DNA of 64,000 nucleotides. Source: a virus (taxonomy: Duplodnaviria; Heunggongvirae; Uroviricota; Caudoviricetes). Positions 1 to 10,065 of the stretch are shown here, piece by piece (within the stretch, counting starts at the first letter, position 1; each line of letters begins with the position of its first letter). A program made the translations under genes and the position numbers. The stretch is from the IMG/VR virus record IMGVR_UViG_3300031134_000466. The stretch is one strand, 5' to 3'. A model generated the notes under the pieces. The model worked only from the letters and a program-made list of their open reading frames with translations, had not been told where the DNA came from and did no database searches.

Positions 1-42
1 ATCAACGGTAAGATTCGTCCTGTAGAAAAAGCTCAAGGAGCA

Positions 43-1527
43 ATGTTCCAGTTGCGTCCCCACCAGCAAGAAGGTGCAGACCTTATCAAGAAGGCAGGAG
101 CGACCGGTGGACGAGGTTTCATCGTTGCTGACGCCACTGGGGTAGGTAAGAGTCTTACAGGTCTTATAGGGGCGTCAGAGGCTGCAAGAGCTAAAGGCTT
201 CACAGCTCAGAAGAAAGCTAAAATGCTCATCATCTGCCCAAACGGGGCTGTTCCTCACTGGAAGAACACCATTCGTCACTCAGGTGTTGACAATCTTCGA
301 TGCCTGGTCATCAACTACGAGCAATACAAGAAACTACTTACCGTTCCCAAATCTGCTGAGACAGTGAAGAAGACAAAAACGAAGAACAAGCACATTGCTG
401 AATCAGGGAAACCTTACATTTTGTGGGACTTCATTATCTGTGACGAGTCGCATAAAATCAAAAATCAGACTTCCCAGCGAACGCAGGCATTCGAACGGGT
501 TGCTCAATACAGTGCTGACGCATCCCGTGCACCTTTCGTGATTTGGATGTCAGCTACCATCGGGCAGACACCCTTAGAGTTAGGTTACTTAGCCCCACTG
601 ATTGGTCAATTCGCTGGACAGAATTTGACTATGGAAACTTACCCTGCTTGGTTGCATGCGAATGGTTTCCATGTGAAGAAATCAAAGAGTGGCACTTGGA
701 CTTGGGTGAAACCAGCAAGTCCTGAAGATGCAGTATCCAGAGCTCAACAGAAGCAGGACGTTGAAAGACTTGCTGCTACTCTGTTCCATCCTAAAGCTCC
801 TTCCATCCGCCGTAAACCAGAAGACATTGCCGGCTGGCCATCAGTGAACCGCATTGCTTTGCCAGTTACTTTAGGCATGGAGGCAGAGAAGGAATACCAG
901 AAACTGTGGACAGAGTTCCGCAAAGCCATGAATTTGAAGATGAAAGGTAAAAACCCTACATCAGTTCTTGCTGAGCAACTCAGATTCTCGCAGAAAGCAT
1001 CTCTGTTACGAACTGCACAAACAGTTGACAACATTGTTGATTTGTTAGAAAACGGCTACCAGGTTGCTGTTTCGGTTCGATTCATTGAGAGTCTGGAAGC
1101 CATCAAAAGTTCACTGAGCAAACTGGGAGTGGATGTATCAGAATACTCTGGACGTAAATTCATCAACAAAGAGCATGAAAGAATTCTGTTCCAGAAAGGT
1201 GACAACAAAGTTATCTTGTTCACAGTTGAAGAAGCAGTTTCTTTCCATGCGAAAGAGCAACTCCCTGACGGTTCGTTAGCTTCGCCATTCCCACGAGCCA
1301 CTCTTATTCATGACATGCGTTACTCCGCATTGTCCATGACTCAAATTATTGGTCGTACCCACCGTGATGGCCAGTTAGCTAACGCTTACTTCTTGTACGC
1401 AGAGGGTACTGTGGAGAAGACAATTATGGATATCATGCTGAACAAGATGGAGAATATGACTATTTTGTCGGGGGATGAAGAGGAAGATTCCATTATGGAA
1501 ATCATGGAGTCTGTCCTGGCAGGCTAA
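43..1527 (+). CDS. SNF2/DEAH-family DNA helicase. The reading frame is open to the window edge, so the gene may be 5' partial.
   Basis: LRPHQxEG Q-motif, Walker A GVGKS, DESH box, motif VI QIIGRTHRDGQ; frame has no stop back to nt 1. Confidence 0.8.
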   Translation: MFQLRPHQQEGADLIKKAGATGGRGFIVADATGVGKSLTGLIGASEAARAKGFTAQKKAKMLIICPNGAVPHWKNTIRHSGVDNLRCLVINYEQYKKLLTVPKSAETVKKTKTKNKHIAESGKPYILWDFIICDESHKIKNQTSQRTQAFERVAQYSADASRAPFVIWMSATIGQTPLELGYLAPLIGQFAGQNLTMETYPAWLHANGFHVKKSKSGTWTWVKPASPEDAVSRAQQKQDVERLAATLFHPKAPSIRRKPEDIAGWPSVNRIALPVTLGMEAEKEYQKLWTEFRKAMNLKMKGKNPTSVLAEQLRFSQKASLLRTAQTVDNIVDLLENGYQVAVSVRFIESLEAIKSSLSKLGVDVSEYSGRKFINKEHERILFQKGDNKVILFTVEEAVSFHAKEQLPDGSLASPFPRATLIHDMRYSALSMTQIIGRTHRDGQLANAYFLYAEGTVEKTIMDIMLNKMENMTILSGDEEEDSIMEIMESVLAG

Positions 1528-1534
1528 CTATAAT

Positions 1535-1568
1535 GGATAAGGGTCCTCCAAAATAAGGACCCTTATCC
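1535..1568 (+). terminator. Rho-independent-type hairpin after the helicase gene
   Basis: ggataagggtcct/aaggacccttatcc perfect stem. Confidence 0.6.
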
Positions 1569-1635
1569 ATTCATGAGTATGAATTGACCGATAAAGAGTA
1601 AGTAATTTCCTTTATCCCCTTGAAAGTTTCTATTC

Positions 1636-2751
1636 ATGCTTGCCCTCAATAAGGTTTTGCAGTCCTCTAAAGCTGCTATTGATTTAGCATCAATTATGGT
1701 TGGTGTCATCATCATTGGTTTGATCGGTGGTGTTATCGCTGCTACTGTTTTCGCTGTCATTCCTTGGTCTCAAGACAAAGCAGCGAAGCAGCAGCTGGAT
1801 TCTGTCCATACTGCAGAGAACGCGTTCTTTGGTTTATCCTCTGACCCAAGCCAGAATCTTGTTGGAGGCAAAAAGAACAGCTTTACGAACTCAGCTGAAT
1901 TAGCTTCAAATAATTTGCTGACTTCAAATGCTAACTACTGCGCAGTGAACACTGTTGACGGCAAAGACTACCACGCTTATGCTAAGTCTAGTTCAGGTAA
2001 AACATTCTATGCTTTGAACAGTAACAAACAAGCCCAGGTCTTCACTGGTGCCTACCCTTGTATCACTGATGCTAACGGAGTAGTTATTGTTGACCCTACC
2101 GTCGATAACGGCACAACTCCAGTGGGAACAACTCCTGGAACTGCCCCAACTACTCCTACCCCAACACCTGGTTCAGATTACGGAGTACCAGTCGGCACAG
2201 TAGTTTATTCTACTGATTTTGAAGGAGAAGCTTTCAACGCTCTTCCAGCTGGCTGGAATTACTATAATTCCAGCGGTACTAATGGCACTGGTGCGAACTT
2301 GAAAGTTAAGACAACAGACTCTAACGCAATATCCGCTAACCGGGCTCAATACTCTGGATTGTACGCAAACTTCAGTAGAATAAACGCCACAAAAGCCCTC
2401 GAAATGCGAAACGCAGCAAATAATGGTTATATAACCGGACCTACAGTAACTCTTACTCCAGGTACATATTCAGCTTCTGGTTATACGGCAAAAGGTGCAA
2501 ACGGTTCTTGGAACACCTGGACTTTGAGTGCTAAAAAAACTACTGGTGCAACAGTAGCATCGACAACATGGACTCCAGGGTTCCAATCTAACGGAGGGAC
2601 TTCAGCTTATGTTTGGGAGACCCATGGAGTAGATTTCACTGTAACAGAAGAAGGCACTTACTATCTCAACTGGACTGGAACTGATGCAGGGGAGACTACT
2701 TCTTATCTCATGATTGACGACGTGAAGATTATTAAGACCGGAACACTCTAA
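1636..2751 (+). CDS. Membrane-anchored surface protein, paralogue A: N-terminal signal anchor, G/T/P-rich linker, unknown C-terminal beta-rich domain
   Basis: N-terminal 130 aa near-identical to the ORF at 2847; hydrophobic helix IMVGVIIIGLIGGVIAATVFAVIPW followed by IPWSQDKAAKQQL (pilin-like); TPTPTPG linker. Confidence 0.7.
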   Translation: MLALNKVLQSSKAAIDLASIMVGVIIIGLIGGVIAATVFAVIPWSQDKAAKQQLDSVHTAENAFFGLSSDPSQNLVGGKKNSFTNSAELASNNLLTSNANYCAVNTVDGKDYHAYAKSSSGKTFYALNSNKQAQVFTGAYPCITDANGVVIVDPTVDNGTTPVGTTPGTAPTTPTPTPGSDYGVPVGTVVYSTDFEGEAFNALPAGWNYYNSSGTNGTGANLKVKTTDSNAISANRAQYSGLYANFSRINATKALEMRNAANNGYITGPTVTLTPGTYSASGYTAKGANGSWNTWTLSAKKTTGATVASTTWTPGFQSNGGTSAYVWETHGVDFTVTEEGTYYLNWTGTDAGETTSYLMIDDVKIIKTGTL

Positions 2752-2846
2752 GTTATATAAAAATACGATAGAGATTCCAACAGTCAACTTAGAATCGTCG
2801 CAACCAATATCTTATCAAAATTATCCCCTAAAGAAAGTACCTAACT

Positions 2847-4235
2847 ATGCTTACCCTGAATAAGGTTTTGCAGTCCTCCAAAGCTGCTATTGACTTAGCT
2901 TCCATTATGGTTGGTGTCATCATCATTGGTTTAATCGGTGGAGTCATCTCAGCAACAGTTTTTGCTGTTATCCCTTGGTCCCAGGACAAAGCAGCAAAAC
3001 AGCAGTTAGAATCAATTCACACAGCTGAGAACGCTTTCTACGGCTTTAGTGCTGATGCGTCGACTACGCTGAAAAATAAAACAAACAGCACCCGCGAACT
3101 CAGGAATACATTTGCCGATTCAGCTGAACTGGCTTCCAACGCACTCCTGACATCAAACCCTAACTATTGTGTTGTACCTACTGCTGATGGCAAAGACTAT
3201 CACGCTTATTCAAAGTCTGGTTCAGGTAAGACTTTCTATGCTTTGAACAGCAACAAGCAAGCACAAGTTTTCACAGGCGCTTTCCCCTGTGTCGTTGACG
3301 CCTCTACTGGTGTTGTGGGTGTCGACCCAGCTGTAGACAACGGAACCTCCCCTGTAGGTGTTACTCCAGGAAGCACTGGCGGAACAGGTGGCGGAACAAC
3401 TGCACCTGGCACTGGTTCTGGTGGCACTGGCGGAGGAACAACTCCTACGGCTCCTGTGAATCCTCTTGCTTTGACCATCAACTGCCCTGCAAATATCAAT
3501 AAATATGCAACCCCAACAATTGATTTTGTCGGTAAAGCCCTTCTCAGCGATGGAGTAGAAAAAACTTACACGTCTCCTTCTAACCCAATTTTTGATGTCA
3601 CCCCAGGCAAAACTTACACTATTCAGATGACTGGTACTTACAGTCAGATGAGCAGTATTAGTGTAGCCAGTGCCCCTTGCTTGGTAAGTGTCGATTCATG
3701 GGGAGATACTTCTAAGTTCAACAACATCGCAAACGGTTTTTACGGTTCTACTAACTTAGTATCAGTTCCAGATACATTACCTCCGCTTATTACTACTTTA
3801 GCAAACACCTTTTACGGGGCAACTAAGTTCAACAGTCCCAACGTATCCAAATGGGACACCAGTAACGTAACAAAGATGAACAACACTTTCCGAGAAAATA
3901 CTGTGTTCAACCAAGATTTGAGCAAGTGGAACACCAGTAACGTAACAGATATGGTTGGTATGTTCTGGTTAGCTAATGCTTTCAATAGCAACATTAGTTC
4001 ATGGGACACCAGTAAAGTGACTGATATGTTTGCAATGTTCTACAAAGTGACATCGTTCAACCAAGACATCAGTGGATGGAACACCGTCAATGTGACTCGT
4101 ATGGCATCTATGTTTGATGGGGCTAAAGCTTTCAAGCAAAACCTGAGTGGATGGAATGTAGCGAAAGTTACAAATTATTCCAGCTTCAATACGAACGGCT
4201 TGTTGGTTGCAGCTGAACTTCCTAAGTTCAAGTAA
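2847..4235 (+). CDS. Membrane-anchored surface protein, paralogue B, with C-terminal DUF285/BspA-like repeats
   Basis: Same N-terminal anchor as 1636; Gly/Thr linker; at least 5 tandem repeats FNQDLSKWNTSNVTDMxxMF matching the DUF285 consensus. Confidence 0.75.
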   Translation: MLTLNKVLQSSKAAIDLASIMVGVIIIGLIGGVISATVFAVIPWSQDKAAKQQLESIHTAENAFYGFSADASTTLKNKTNSTRELRNTFADSAELASNALLTSNPNYCVVPTADGKDYHAYSKSGSGKTFYALNSNKQAQVFTGAFPCVVDASTGVVGVDPAVDNGTSPVGVTPGSTGGTGGGTTAPGTGSGGTGGGTTPTAPVNPLALTINCPANINKYATPTIDFVGKALLSDGVEKTYTSPSNPIFDVTPGKTYTIQMTGTYSQMSSISVASAPCLVSVDSWGDTSKFNNIANGFYGSTNLVSVPDTLPPLITTLANTFYGATKFNSPNVSKWDTSNVTKMNNTFRENTVFNQDLSKWNTSNVTDMVGMFWLANAFNSNISSWDTSKVTDMFAMFYKVTSFNQDISGWNTVNVTRMASMFDGAKAFKQNLSGWNVAKVTNYSSFNTNGLLVAAELPKFK

Positions 4236-4247
4236 CACTAATTAAAT

Positions 4248-4283
4248 AGTTGAAGCCCTACTGAATTCAGTAGGGCTTCAACT
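4248..4283. terminator. Bidirectional hairpin terminator between convergent genes
   Basis: agttgaagccctactg/cagtagggcttcaact perfect palindrome. Confidence 0.6.
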
Positions 4284-4285
4284 AT

Positions 4286-5107
4286 TTAACGACCGACATA
4301 ATGCTCTTTCAAAGCACTCCAAGACATAGGGATGATTTCCAAATCAAGAGTTGACAACTCCAAAAGAGCAAGGTTGTTTTTCGAACCATCCATGTCCAAC
4401 CCGATGCTGTGAAGAGTGTACTCATTCAGTCCATCATTCAGCACAGTTTCATGGTCTGCAAAGAAATGGTAATGACCATGAAGGAATAAGTCAGGTTTTA
4501 CTCCATCAACAGCTTGACGCATCATTGCACGTGACTGGTTTGCGTAACGCATCTCTGTTGGAGACCAGATACCATGGTCTTCTCGATGAGACCCGAACAG
4601 GTTCACCCCTGCAGGGCAGTCATGCGCCAGCATGATGTCAGCATGACCATGCATCACTGTCTTGAAGACATCATCCAGAGTAATCTGCTCAGCCTTCCAC
4701 CAGGTTCTATTCTCGGTACGACCAGTGAAGTCAATGCTGTTTGCTCCTCCAAGAGAGACAAAGGTACGACCATTCCACTCCCACCTTGCTCCACGGTCAG
4801 CTACAAGAATGTGAGGGTACTCAGGGTTGTAACGCCAGCCAGGGAACTGTGACGGTTGCAGCTGGCTGATTTGTACATAGTCCTCATGATTGCCCAAAGT
4901 CACGTACAAAACTTGCCCATTTGCCGCGAGACGTTTGTTAGTCTTGTAAAGATACTTTTGCCCATTGTTACCTGGCCAGAAACCGAAATCACCCAGATGA
5001 AGGATGTGCTTAATTCCAAGCTCAGCAAAACGTGCGATTGCGATACCAGCCCAGCCAGTATTACCATGCCAATCGCCTGCTACGCCAACAATGTCAAAAG
5101 TTTCCAT
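4286..5107 (-). CDS. Calcineurin-like metallophosphoesterase (lambda-PPase-like Ser/Thr phosphatase)
   Basis: GDWHG, LGDFGF, GNHEDY and GHYH motifs. Confidence 0.8.
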   Translation of the reverse strand: METFDIVGVAGDWHGNTGWAGIAIARFAELGIKHILHLGDFGFWPGNNGQKYLYKTNKRLAANGQVLYVTLGNHEDYVQISQLQPSQFPGWRYNPEYPHILVADRGARWEWNGRTFVSLGGANSIDFTGRTENRTWWKAEQITLDDVFKTVMHGHADIMLAHDCPAGVNLFGSHREDHGIWSPTEMRYANQSRAMMRQAVDGVKPDLFLHGHYHFFADHETVLNDGLNEYTLHSIGLDMDGSKNNLALLELSTLDLEIIPMSWSALKEHYVGR

Positions 5108-5148
5108 GACACAAGTGTATCACAGATGTTTGAAGAAAAGAACAAGAC

Positions 5149-5838
5149 TTAAGAACGCACAGCGATAGGGTTCAGTAAACCGTCAGTAGTTGGTGCCACT
5201 GGAGGGTTCTGCTCATCCCGTTCGGAAGAATACTTATTGGCGTTATCCATGAAGTCTTGGAAGGTTGGTTCTGAGAAAGCCATGCATGTTTGAGTTGCTC
5301 CCCATTGACTGAAAGCAATCAAACGACCAGAAGGCATGTCAGCATCAGCTGGCCAACTCAGAACAAGTAGCTTATCTTCATGAGTGTCATTCCATTTGTC
5401 AGCAAAGTCTCGAACGAACTCATACCCATCATCAGGGTAGTTAGTGGAAGTCCAAATAACTTTGTGACCTTCCCATTCAGCACGAAGAATCTCTTCGTTA
5501 CTGTAAGGATTACCTCGTGGTTCGATGCTCTCTATAGAGTCAGCGTCAAACGGAGCGGGTGACATGTACCCGTAAGCAGGGATAATCATTGGATGGCGGG
5601 GAACTTCTTCAGTGTAGTCTTCAGGAATGGTCCCGTACTGACCGTCCTTAGGGCTGAACACGAAAGTGTCACCACACTGGGTCAGGATACCGTTAGATGC
5701 GGGCGGAACACTGATACTGCCATAAGCGCTGTTCTGCTCAAGATTAGCTGAAGGTTGACTCAACGCTCCGAAAGCAAGCATAGAAACACCTGCCAGCAGA
5801 AAGCCAGACAAGATAAGTTTAGTTCCACGGTATAGCAT
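5149..5838 (-). CDS. Secreted hypothetical protein
   Basis: N-terminal signal peptide MLYRGTKLILSGFLLAGVSMLAFGA; no recognised domain. Confidence 0.55.
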   Translation of the reverse strand: MLYRGTKLILSGFLLAGVSMLAFGALSQPSANLEQNSAYGSISVPPASNGILTQCGDTFVFSPKDGQYGTIPEDYTEEVPRHPMIIPAYGYMSPAPFDADSIESIEPRGNPYSNEEILRAEWEGHKVIWTSTNYPDDGYEFVRDFADKWNDTHEDKLLVLSWPADADMPSGRLIAFSQWGATQTCMAFSEPTFQDFMDNANKYSSERDEQNPPVAPTTDGLLNPIAVRS

Positions 5839-5887
5839 GATGACGTACTTATCGGCTTACACGTATAACCAGCCTATAATAGAGGTT

Positions 5888-6619
5888 ATGAATGATGTGG
5901 TTAGTGTCAACAGTCTGTTAGTGAAATACGAAGAGTTCACAGCAGTGAAAGATGTTTCTTTTTCCGTGGAAGCTGGTGAAGTGCGTGGTGTTCTGGGCGG
6001 AAACGGTGCAGGTAAATCCACAACCCTTCGAGTCCTTGGTGGAGTCATTAAACCCACCGCTGGTGAAATCACCATTGGAGGAGTGAGCACGAAAAGTTTC
6101 AAAGGCGCCAACAAAGCAAGAACGCTGACAGGGTATTGTCCTGACGTAGGTGGGCTTATTTCAGGAGCCACTCCTTTGGAACATGTTCGGCTTTTAGCTT
6201 CACTCCATCGAGACAAATCGCTGTATGAAAAAGGCCAAGTTGAAATCGAACGATTCAACTTAGCCGAATTTAAAAACACTCCAGTCTCTGGGTTCTCTCA
6301 CGGAATGATGAGACGACTCAGTGTTCTCCTTGCTTACATTTCAGCAGACAAATTACTCATTCTTGATGAGCCTTTCGACGGGGTTGACCCTCTTGGTGTT
6401 GACATTATTAACGCAGCTATCAGTGATGCTCGTGAAGCAGGCACAGCTGTCATTGTTTCCACACATCTTCAGAATCTTCTTGTTGATGTGTCAGACTCGG
6501 TAAACATCATGTCCAAAGGTGAACTGTTGCAGATTATCCCAGCTTCAGAGCTCATCGGTCCTGAAGGTGTGAACCGTTACACAACCATGCTGACTACCCA
6601 CACAGAGAAGAATGCATAA
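5888..6619 (+). CDS. ABC transporter ATP-binding protein
   Basis: Walker A GGNGAGKST, degenerate signature FSHGMMRRL, Walker B LLILDEPFDGVD. Start moved to the internal Met at 5888 because the ATG at 5837 would overlap the divergent gene's start. Confidence 0.75.
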   Translation: MNDVVSVNSLLVKYEEFTAVKDVSFSVEAGEVRGVLGGNGAGKSTTLRVLGGVIKPTAGEITIGGVSTKSFKGANKARTLTGYCPDVGGLISGATPLEHVRLLASLHRDKSLYEKGQVEIERFNLAEFKNTPVSGFSHGMMRRLSVLLAYISADKLLILDEPFDGVDPLGVDIINAAISDAREAGTAVIVSTHLQNLLVDVSDSVNIMSKGELLQIIPASELIGPEGVNRYTTMLTTHTEKNA

Positions 6620-8191
6620 ATGAAACTGTTCTTTGCTGGGTTGAACGACTCATTCACTTTACTTGCCTTCCGTTTCGCTAACGCAAAACCATGGATGCAA
6701 ATAGCAGGCTTACTCTTCTTGCTTGGTGCAATCGGGGCTATTGCAGCGTCGCTGCAGACAACCTCATTCATCAGAGCAATCATGACAGCAACTCTGCCCG
6801 ATGATCCGACAGCAGAGACAGCCAGAGAGTTACAACAATTCCTGTCTGTATACCTGGAAATGTATACGACAGGTAACATGGAAGTATTCGTAACAGTAGC
6901 TGTAGCTCTGCTGTTAGGTTCCATTATCTTCGTACCGTTCTCAGGGTACGTAATTCACGGTATGGTGTCCCATAGTGAAATGGTTATTGTCAAGAATGGT
7001 GACACTTATAAAATCGGTGACAGTGTTCTGTTCCAGGTTATTTCATCCTTCACCCTTATCCAGCTCACTGGGTTGACCATTGCTGCCCAGCTGATAACTT
7101 TCGACTCGGCCTACCCTTCCTACGCTGTCATTTTTGCTTGGGGTATCTGGGTGTTCATGACAATCGTTACTGCTTTAGTTTCCTGGGTTGTCGAGTTCAT
7201 TTCCCGTAAGTTCGGTCGCAAAATGAGACTGTTGTTCTTAGGCATGTTCGTAGCAGTACTTGGACTTGTTCTGCTGATTGACCCTAAGCACGGAACCACA
7301 TTGTTCGGTGGAGCTAACACCGTGTTCGACTTCTTGAATCAGTTAGCAACTGGTGATGGAAAACTGCTGGTTGCATCGTTGGTCATCATTGCAGGCTTGA
7401 CAGCTGTTGCCATTTCAGCGTTGTCTTTGATGGCGTCACATACATTACAAATTCCAGAACCTTTGACGGTTTCTAAGACCAATGAGAAGCAAATCTCTGG
7501 AAGCTCTGTTCCTTTGAGTCCATTAGTGCTACTTACTCGTTTACTCTTCCGTTACAGCACTGTAACCAAACCAGTCATGACTTCCCTTGCATTCTCTCTC
7601 ATCATTGTTCTTCTACTCAAAGGTGAAAATGCTTTAACCACAACAATGATTGTGTTACCTCTTGCTGTTGGTGTTTCTTTCGGAGCGAACATCTTTGGTC
7701 TGATTAGCGGTTCAATCAACTGGTTGTTGTCAATCAACAAATGGCGGAGCAAGATGTTGAACGCTGGAATGATTGTCATTCTTGCCTCAATCGTCATCAT
7801 CTACGCTATTGTTTACGGCGTTGGTTTAGCTATTGGAACCATCGAATGGGACCAGTTGGTAAAAGTGATTCCCGCACTTATTTCTGTGACATCAGCAACA
7901 ACAATCATCTCCATCTACCTTTCAGTGAAGAAGCCTTTACCATTCTCAGGTAAATCTCGTGAGAACCTCATTTCTTCACCCACAGCTTTGATTGGTTATG
8001 TGTTTGTGCTGCTTGTCGGTGCCGGCGGTGCTGGTAACGTTGCACTCTTTGCCCCATCCCCATCATCATGGATTATCGCAGGAACAACACTGTTCATCAG
8101 CGTCATGAGCTACTTGTTACTTTACCGTACATGGATGAATACTGAAAAGTACACTAAGCGACTGTTGAAAGAAACCATCAACGCCGGTTAA
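6620..8191 (+). CDS. ABC transporter permease (multi-TM, ABC-2-like)
   Basis: 523 aa with 10 or more hydrophobic helices; start directly abuts the ATPase stop. Confidence 0.65.
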   Translation: MKLFFAGLNDSFTLLAFRFANAKPWMQIAGLLFLLGAIGAIAASLQTTSFIRAIMTATLPDDPTAETARELQQFLSVYLEMYTTGNMEVFVTVAVALLLGSIIFVPFSGYVIHGMVSHSEMVIVKNGDTYKIGDSVLFQVISSFTLIQLTGLTIAAQLITFDSAYPSYAVIFAWGIWVFMTIVTALVSWVVEFISRKFGRKMRLLFLGMFVAVLGLVLLIDPKHGTTLFGGANTVFDFLNQLATGDGKLLVASLVIIAGLTAVAISALSLMASHTLQIPEPLTVSKTNEKQISGSSVPLSPLVLLTRLLFRYSTVTKPVMTSLAFSLIIVLLLKGENALTTTMIVLPLAVGVSFGANIFGLISGSINWLLSINKWRSKMLNAGMIVILASIVIIYAIVYGVGLAIGTIEWDQLVKVIPALISVTSATTIISIYLSVKKPLPFSGKSRENLISSPTALIGYVFVLLVGAGGAGNVALFAPSPSSWIIAGTTLFISVMSYLLLYRTWMNTEKYTKRLLKETINAG

Positions 8192-8192
8192 A

Positions 8193-8234
8193 CGAATGAA
8201 GGCTGGAAGCCATATGACTTCCAGCCTTCATTCG
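8193..8234. terminator. Hairpin terminator between convergent genes
   Basis: cgaatgaaggctggaag/cttccagccttcattcg followed by tttgtt. Confidence 0.6.
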
Positions 8235-8245
8235 TTTGTTACAGG

Positions 8246-8998
8246 TTAGCGAATCTGACGGTTTGCACGCTGCACCTGGATGTACTCAGGGTATTCGTCA
8301 AGGAGAGCGTTGTACAGCTCGGTGCTGGTCAGCTTGTCCACATCGCCAACAGGCTTGTAGTCAGCGTTGTCCACGTAACGAGTCTTCAGGTCGTCCAGCT
8401 TCACGAGGAAGGGGAACTCCTCGCTACCGATGGAGAGGAACTGCCAGAAGATGGGGACGAAGGAAGCCTTCACCAGGGACTCCTGGGCCAGCTTACGGCT
8501 GTCAGGGCTACCGTCTGTCAGGAAGGTGACGTGAACAGGAAGCTCAGCAGGAGCGGAGAGAGGAGCGTTAGGAGTGGCAGTCTTGCCGAAGAGGCCGCCG
8601 AGACCCTTCTTGGTGGGGAAGTAGTGGTCGCGGATGAGGTCGAAGGCAGCGTGGTAAGCGGTGCTGGTCTTGCGGCGGTTGCCAAGAAGCTTAGCGAGAC
8701 CGTCACGGAAGTTGTCGATGGTCAGTTCGCCCAGGTACTCAGCCTCACGACCGAAGATGAAGATGTCAATAGCACCATCATCGTCAATCTGCGAACCGAA
8801 AGCCAGAACCTTCTCAGCAAGACGCTGCATTGCACCGCTGTTGTAGTGGTTGGTCATGGACATGGAGAAGTCAAGGCAGAGGGCAACCTTCGCACGGTGA
8901 CCCTCCAGACCCTTGCTCTTCAGGGTGTGGTTAGCGTTCTTGGAGAGACTCAGAAGCTCAGGAGCCTTCTGCTCAATCTTATCAAGTGAAATAGCCAT
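8246..8998 (-). CDS. vWA-domain protein (TerY-like)
   Basis: MIDAS DxSxS motif (LDFSMSM) and downstream TDG motif. Confidence 0.65.
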   Translation of the reverse strand: MAISLDKIEQKAPELLSLSKNANHTLKSKGLEGHRAKVALCLDFSMSMTNHYNSGAMQRLAEKVLAFGSQIDDDGAIDIFIFGREAEYLGELTIDNFRDGLAKLLGNRRKTSTAYHAAFDLIRDHYFPTKKGLGGLFGKTATPNAPLSAPAELPVHVTFLTDGSPDSRKLAQESLVKASFVPIFWQFLSIGSEEFPFLVKLDDLKTRYVDNADYKPVGDVDKLTSTELYNALLDEYPEYIQVQRANRQIR

Positions 8999-9095
8999 AA
9001 CGGGTAAACCTTTCTAAAACTAATTGTTGTTACGTAAGTATTCGGTTCAAAACTGCAATAACTAAACCTTAGTCATCACAAAAGGGAAAGTCAAG

Positions 9096-9497
9096 TCAGT
9101 CCAGCAAAGACTCAATCTTTACTACCAACGGAGTCTTAGCAAGCCAGGTGTGAGCTGTCATGTCGATACATTTAGTTGCTTCTTCAATAAAATCTCGACG
9201 CTCCTGCTCAGAAGGCTTCAAATAATCATTCATGAACAGCATGATGTTAGTAGCATACCAGTCGATAATAGCAACCTGGTAATTTTCTGCTTCATTGAAG
9301 ATGAAACCCAGCACATTCACAAGGTAATCACGGTCCATTGATTCAAGCTTGAACACATCCCCTGTAATGTTCACCCAAAACTCATCCTGCATGAACACGC
9401 GTAAGTCAATACTACCATCAGTATGCTTTTCTTTAGGTTCAGGGAACTCTGGAAGCAAACCAGCTTCCACTAACCAAGTGTCATTCTGCACCTTCAA
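9096..9497 (-). CDS. Hypothetical protein
   Basis: ORF; probable TTG start 6 nt after a GGAGG SD, overlapping the stop of the upstream gene; no domain recognised. Confidence 0.45.
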   Translation of the reverse strand: MKVQNDTWLVEAGLLPEFPEPKEKHTDGSIDLRVFMQDEFWVNITGDVFKLESMDRDYLVNVLGFIFNEAENYQVAIIDWYATNIMLFMNDYLKPSEQERRDFIEEATKCIDMTAHTWLAKTPLVVKIESLLD

Positions 9498-10065
9498 GGG
9501 CTGCCTCCTTCTCCTTGAATGCAATCCACTTCGGGCTAACCTCATCCACGTAGGTGTTCACGTGGTCAAGAAGCTCGGCAAGGGTTGCGTACTGAATCTT
9601 ACCGTCAAAGCTCGGGGCGAAAGGCTGACCCTGCCATGTCATGCGACGGTAAACCCAGCCATGCTCACGCTTAGCGAAAGTGATGGTGTTGACACCAGAG
9701 TCGATGTCAAGCGAGCGGGCTTCAACCTGCTTCAGGTACCAACCAGTAAGCTGGGTCTTACGGTAACGGATGTACTGGGCGACAAGCTTAGCGTCTTCCT
9801 CATCAGGAGCAAGGTAGTTCATGTAGTTGCTGTACTCACTGCTGTTATCAGGAACCACCAGAGCAGCGATGAAGAACGTGCCTACATGCATGTCCCTAAC
9901 GACAGGGACACGGTACTGGGCGACCCACGGGTGGTTGATGTCAACCTGGCTCAGGGTGGTCTCAGTGTAACCTTCGGCAATATCTGTACTCATTTGAAGA
10001 ACTCCAATATGATGGGGAACAGGACGTATTAGCTCTACTCTACCAGACGCAGGTTCTAAAATCAA
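9481..10065 (-). CDS. Hypothetical protein
   Basis: ORF with ATGA overlap to the upstream gene (operon). Confidence 0.5.
   Translation of the reverse strand: MILEPASGRVELIRPVPHHIGVLQMSTDIAEGYTETTLSQVDINHPWVAQYRVPVVRDMHVGTFFIAALVVPDNSSEYSNYMNYLAPDEEDAKLVAQYIRYRKTQLTGWYLKQVEARSLDIDSGVNTITFAKREHGWVYRRMTWQGQPFAPSFDGKIQYATLAELLDHVNTYVDEVSPKWIAFKEKEAALEGAE

Noticed and set aside
3236-3499. Antisense ORFs inside larger genes (3236-3499, 41305-41667, 42151-42507, 8518-8706, 8531-8989 and similar)
   Set aside because: They are shadow ORFs opposite low-complexity G/T/P- or E/P/V-rich coding regions or genes with strong homology. They have no RBS and their composition is the mirror image of the sense strand.
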